A DNA stretch of 64,000 nucleotides, from NCBI GenBank assembly GCA_964016885.1, contig OZ024749.1, positions 47,182,001 to 47,246,000 on the forward strand, in the 5' to 3' direction. Source of the stretch: Eledone cirrhosa. Lineage: Eukaryota. The notes below the pieces were generated by a model. The model made no database searches. It was not told where the DNA came from and saw nothing but the letters and a program-made list of their open reading frames with translations. Shown piece after piece: positions 58,261-64,000 of this stretch (the first letter of the stretch is position 1; each line of letters starts with the position of its first letter). Position numbers and translations under genes: made by a program.

Positions 58261-58976
58261 CTTTATAATACATGTTTTGTATTGTTATACGAGGCCCGGC
58301 TGACATGTTATTAGGATATAAGACTTCATCGACTAAAATAAATACTGTCATGCAATAACCGAATGAGGTTTATTGTTCAACATATGTCTTGGAAAGAAGC
58401 GAGACAACAAACATGTGAAATTAATGAATGTAATATGTCAGAGCCCTAGCAACACTCCTTCATAATCAGCTTATGGTTGATTAAGATGGCATTAGTTGTG
58501 TGTAAATCTGGTTGTTGAACCATGCAGCTCGAAATTATAAAATCATATGTCTACGTACAATATGTTATAACAAGCAATTGTGTGTTTGATAAACATGTAT
58601 TATGTACCGTATATGTTCCTGAGGTTATTAATGCACTAACAATAAATCTAGGCTCATGAAAGAATGGAACGAAAGATGGTATAATTCGCAGAAACCTTAC
58701 TTGTTTTTACTCATATATTTCTATGTACCATCAGTATTATATATAACTGACATCTGTAACTGTAATAGATATATTTCTGATGCAATAACGTCGAAGGATC
58801 GAGGGTTATCAGCATTATGAATTTGACAGCTATCAACAGTAATACGGGCAGCCTGGTACATTCTCAGCGGTATATAATCACATTCGTGTTATCCAGTTAT
58901 CACCACGAGTGACTAACTATACTATTCATTGTTATGAATTTCATATTAGTGATGGAGATACATGAAAGACGTCCGG

Positions 58977-59025
<49 letters not shown>

Positions 59026-59141
59026 AGATAAGCAGAACAAGTAAAATTCAATCAATTTTTCAAAATAAATCAAAATTAATATACAATCAAAATTAATCAA
59101 AATTAAAAAAATATAATATAAATATTTACCTATTCTAATGG

Positions 59142-59219
59142 CCCTAACTGTACAGTTTCATGGTGCAAAACATTAAATATCACCAGGATATTAATGGAAA
59201 AGCAACGATCATCAGAGAA
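59142..59219 (-). ncRNA. Type I hammerhead motif with long stem II, within a TA-flanked segment (59023-59546)
   Basis: Minus strand reads TTCT-CTGATGA-tcgttgc tttt ccattaatatc ctggt gatatttaatg tttt gcaccat-GAAA-CTGTACAG-TT^AGGG. Stem III is palindromic (AACTGTACAGTT). Confidence 0.55.
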
Positions 59220-59561
59220 GCATTTTCCTGTCCTAGGGTTAAAAACCCCAGGAACGACAAAATATATGACCTCACTCCAACTAATACAGGTCTAAAAGGT
59301 CGTGAAAGTGACCCGTAAATACATTGGTGTATAGTGAAGGCCGGAAATCGTAGACTCGCCGTCTATAGCTCGCCACTAAATAAAGATTTTTAGTAACTAA
59401 ATATAACGACAAATTTGTATCTCTACATATGGAGATTATTGAAAAAGGTTAATATATATCTGAGGGTACAATGTACCCCCGCAAATATATAGTGTGTCTA
59501 TGATTTAAGGTGGTTCTATGGTAATAATTTGATATACCAGAACATAATATATATATATATA

Positions 59562-60162
59562 TATTGCAATTCAAAAGAATTAAGATATGTTGCCGTTACA
59601 AAGATTGCTAGAGAATTGCAATACATTTTTTGACGACACAGAAATCCTACTTAAACAGGAATGCAACATTTTCGAAATAATATATATATATATAAAAACA
59701 CACAGACGCGTGCATGTGTGTGCATATGTGTTTTATATGACTGTTTGTATATTTCTACTTATTTCTCATCGAAATATCCTTCCAAGTAATTCCACTCACA
59801 AGGTCGCCATAGATCAATAGCTTGAAAATAACAAATATATATGTTCTTTTCATTCTTTCTCCTCATCTTCTCCTTATGTTTATTGTTATTGTTTTCGGTA
59901 TCAGTATTACTATTATTATTTATTTTTCTCATTATTTATCTTCTTTTACACCTCAATATACACCTATTTCTTTTGTAACATCATTACTTCAATGGCAATT
60001 GCGTAGGCTATCTCCGTTAATGATTCAATTTTATCTTCAGGGCACTTTACGAAAATGTTGCATTCCTGTTTAAGTAGGATTTCTGTGTCGTCAAAAAATG
60101 TATTGCAATTCTCTAGCAATCTTTGTAACGGCAACATATCTTAATTCTTTTGAATTGCAATA
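59562..60162. repeat. Perfect 113-bp inverted duplication (59562-59674 vs 60050-60162)
   Basis: Exact reverse complement by eye. The left copy is bounded by TA repeats on both sides. Confidence 0.9.
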
Positions 60163-60928
60163 CCTGCAGATTTTACATCATTTTGATCGGGATACGATAA
60201 GAGAAATCGACTAGGGGATCTACGTAGATTATGTAACAGAATTTCTGAAGACTTCCTGTCTTCAAAAAGTACTAAACAGTGTAGTTGACCACATATCCAA
60301 TAAACTTAAATAATGCATATGCAAAGATTAGGTTGAGCGTGGCAGCAATATTTTATCTCTCTAAATAATTCACTAAACACTTAACTTGATAAAGGTGGCA
60401 CACAAAGAAAGAAGTTCGCTAAATGTAATTTCAGAAGATAAGCAACTCGTATGCGTTAAATAGATTGTGGATGCAAACTCTATGATTATTATACGAATGT
60501 GTCTTAAAGGTGCATCATATATACATGATTTCTTTCTGTTTCTACATGATATTTCGCTTCTAGAATGAATCAATTATTCCAAAATATCATCTGCATTAGC
60601 ACAAATAAATCTTAGGATTATATGCATTCCAATTATGATAACAGTTTCATTTACCAGATCTGTGGATATCTTATATATATATATGTAATAACTATTCATA
60701 AACAAGTATGCAATGAAATATCAGATATAATATTTTATTATACATTTCATACAGAATTCGCAGTAACACGCATTGTCGCCTACGTTAAGAAGTTCGCTGA
60801 TCAGGAAAGACTAATATACAAGTGACATTTATAACTAACTGACGCACTCCCACGACAATATATAAAAGAGGGCCTACGGACATACATATAAAACACACAT
60901 ATATTGTAGAATGAGACGAATTTATCGG

Positions 60929-61013
<85 letters not shown>

Positions 61014-61341
61014 CAGTATAACATATTGACACACTTACTTGTAAGTTCGTGTCATTGAATATGCTCTCAAATAATAACTAATAAGCTCTATATTACAAGG
61101 AGCATATAAAAAAAATATATTATTATCCCATTGTATGGAACAGTAGAACGGATTTGTATACATTTTTTATTATTTCCACGACAGGTACGTAACCTGGTTT
61201 AGGAATAATGGTCATGAATGGAATAAGAAATGAAATTCACAGATTTCTTTTTCTAAATCAAATACAATCTACATGCACACGCACAATAATAAAAAAAGCG
61301 CATATAATCATAGAGCTGAGCTGCATGTGTGGAGACATGAC

Positions 61342-61382
<41 letters not shown>

Positions 61383-61454
61383 CAGTGAGGGCGATATATA
61401 AATATAATAATAAACACATAAACACACGCGCACACACACATATATATATATATA

Positions 61455-61493
<39 letters not shown>

Positions 61494-61791
61494 TCCATGA
61501 GTGTGTGTGTGTTTTCTTTTTGGGACCTGAGCGACCCAGCTTGTATTGTTGTTGTATTTGCATATATGTGTTTGTGTATGCATGTTTATGCCTTAACTAG
61601 TTTAAGAGAATATGTATATGAAGTTTACCAGATATATCGTAGAAATAAAAAAGCCATAATATAATGCGAATTTGTCATTAGAATAGGTCGATTATACTCC
61701 AACTATCATGAGCATTTTTGTTCTAGATGTCCTCTTTGTTTTGTTACTAGTGTAGTTTTTCCATACACATTATTTAATGGATATGTGTATA

Positions 61792-61980
61792 AGGGCGGTG
61801 GATTGGCAGTGTTGGTAGAGGGTGGGGTGCCATGCTTTGAAGCATAGAGTTACCTCCCTTTATGATCTGAGTTCAAATCCCGCCGAGGTTAACTTTGCCT
61901 TTCATCCTTACGGGGTCGATAAAATAAAGTACCAGTAATGCACTGGATAATTGCTGGCCTGGATCCAAATTTAGAAACCA
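61792..61980 (+). mobile_element. tRNA-derived SINE, full length, 19-bp TSD
   Basis: A-box TGGCAGTGTTGG, B-box GAGTTCAAATCC. CATTATTTAATGGATATGT at 61768-61786 and 61979-61997. Confidence 0.94.
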
Positions 61981-62928
61981 TTATTTAATGGATATGTACT
62001 CTTATATTAGCGGTTACCTTAATGTAAGTTCGAGTCCAGTGTGTACTTGGTAATCTCTTGCAAATCGCATGTTTGATATGTTTAAATTCATCGTAAATGT
62101 TCCCAAATCTCCGACAGTTATGAAGATTACTAGATCCCAAACTCTTTGATTAGCCGGTCCACAAATTGCATATTTTTTAAACATCATTTCTACCCTAACA
62201 CTTTGACTAAAAGGTTAATTATACTTCTATTTCTGACCTATATTAGATCGCATGGTGTTGGTTTCGAAAATGTATTTTATAACATTATTGGCTCATTCAT
62301 ACAGGTAGTAAATCTTGCCTCAAGAGTAACTGGTCAGATTAATTTTACAAAGACATTATTTTCTCAACATAAAATACAGTGAACTGAAAAACGTTAAAAA
62401 CAACATCAAGTAAAAAAGAGCATTAAATCATATAAATTTATGGCTTTTTCCCTTCACAATACTTAATGATTTTGTACCCTTTAATTAGTTTGGCAAATAA
62501 CCACTTAGTTCTCGTTGTACAACGACAATTAAAATGGAAGAGAAATAATATTTTGACGTCAACATTACGCAGAGCCATTTTCCTTTATTTTGTTCAAAGA
62601 TCTGTAAAATAAATTAATAATCAGAAAATAGCGATCATTTAATGAGGATCTTTGAGTCCATTTTATGCATCCTATAAATCAAGAAATGGCATTTTTGCAC
62701 CAGTGAAGTGTCGGATTGTTCTGGTCTTAATTGCATAAACATTCGGATTCTTTCGAAATTGATATCCGTTAGTAGCATAGATCAGTTTAAAAAAACGTGA
62801 TAATCAACAAAGTTCATCACCAATAACATACATAAATGATGCTTGTGATGACAGCAAGATCAGAAAGATAGCATAAGTGGGTGATTAAAAAAGTATTTCT
62901 ATATATTAATATTAGAGCTTTCTTTAAG

Positions 62929-63157
62929 GCAATGAATTGATAGTATCGGTAAAATGTCACACAACATGCTTCGTAGCACAGAGTTACGGCCATTATCTGT
63001 TTGTGTTCATATCCCGCCGTGGTCAACCTTACATGTCTTCCTTATTAGGTCGATAAAATAAATTCTCAGTATCGGACTGTATGGGGTCGATTTAAACGAT
63101 TTTACCATTCCCCAGAATTTGTTTGATATTGTGCCTGAATCAGAAACTATTATTATA
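62929..63157 (+). mobile_element. Old diverged SINE (long-body variant)
   Basis: Degenerate family match including ggggtcgatttaaacga. Confidence 0.7.
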
Positions 63158-63166
63158 GCTGTCTCT

Positions 63167-63369
63167 AGTGCGGTGTATTGGCAGTATTGGTAGAACATCG
63201 GACGCCATGCATTGCAACATAGAGTTACGGCCCTTTATGATCTGAGTTGAAATCTGGCCGAGGTTAACTTTGCCATTCATTAATATGGGGTCGATAAAAG
63301 GAATTACCAGTCACGCACTTTCCCCCGTCCCCAATTTGCTGGCCGTGTGCCTATAATAGAAATCATTAT
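63167..63369 (+). mobile_element. tRNA-derived SINE
   Basis: Family match, ends gtgcctataatagaaatcattat. Confidence 0.85.
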
Positions 63370-64000
63370 GATAGCTTCTTTCCTTATAGTATTACACAGA
63401 AATTGTTACTTTTGATATTATAATAATGTTATCTATTACAGCAATCTGCGTTATCTATAACAGCGATGTCATCTAGATAATAACAATAGACTTAATTGCT
63501 TCATAGAAGAGGCAGGGTTGAAGTCGAAAATCATTCTGTCAAGACATTCAGCTCTAAGTAAACTCTATTAACATTATATATAATCCGGGTAAAAAGTGTA
63601 TGCGACTAAAGGCATGCATTTATTTCTATGTATGTCTGTATTTATATATGGATGTGTGTGTATGTATTTATATGTATGTATGAATGTATCTATGTATGCA
63701 TGAATATTTACATGGAAGTATAGTAGCAAGTAGGCATGTATGATGTAGATTGATATATGTGTGAATGCATATATGATTGCATTTGTGTGTGCGATAAATT
63801 GAGTCAGTAACTTAACATCATATTATAAAACATGCAAACGTGTCATAAGAATCAATCATTTAGGAATCTGTTTATAAATTACGTTTACTGTTGAAGTAAA
63901 ATGGGGAATGATGTTCAATCTATTTTACGCGTTGTCCTGCTTAGGCTGGTGATGTGTATTCTTGCATATTGTTTCTAATAATCCTGGAGTCATTGCCACT

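Noticed and set aside
61792-61890. tRNA gene (A and B boxes)
   Set aside because: No cloverleaf; it is the head of a multi-copy SINE.

Overview
AT-rich, repeat-dominated eukaryotic DNA, intergenic or intronic, with a 200-nt assembly gap at 23440-23639. From memory the SINE and LINE families resemble octopod cephalopod repeats; this is an inference, not a database result. No intact host gene is supported. Almost all listed ORFs are microsatellite read-through (poly-YI, poly-L, poly-S) or pieces of decayed retrotransposons. Recognisable content: (1) a 10-kb cluster of R4/Dong-like RLE non-LTR retrotransposon fragments from two families; (2) about 15 copies of a tRNA-derived SINE, several with TSDs; (3) three copies of a ~610-bp bipartite RTE-derived non-autonomous element; (4) a Tc1 right end; (5) a Penelope-like (PLE) GIY-YIG 3' fragment. 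The most striking signal is a set of at least 8 fold-back (head-to-head) inserts sitting in or next to (TA)n tracts. Several carry type I hammerhead ribozyme motifs, and one (29279-29638) has a complete hammerhead on each strand. Ribozyme folds were read by eye and have not been tested.
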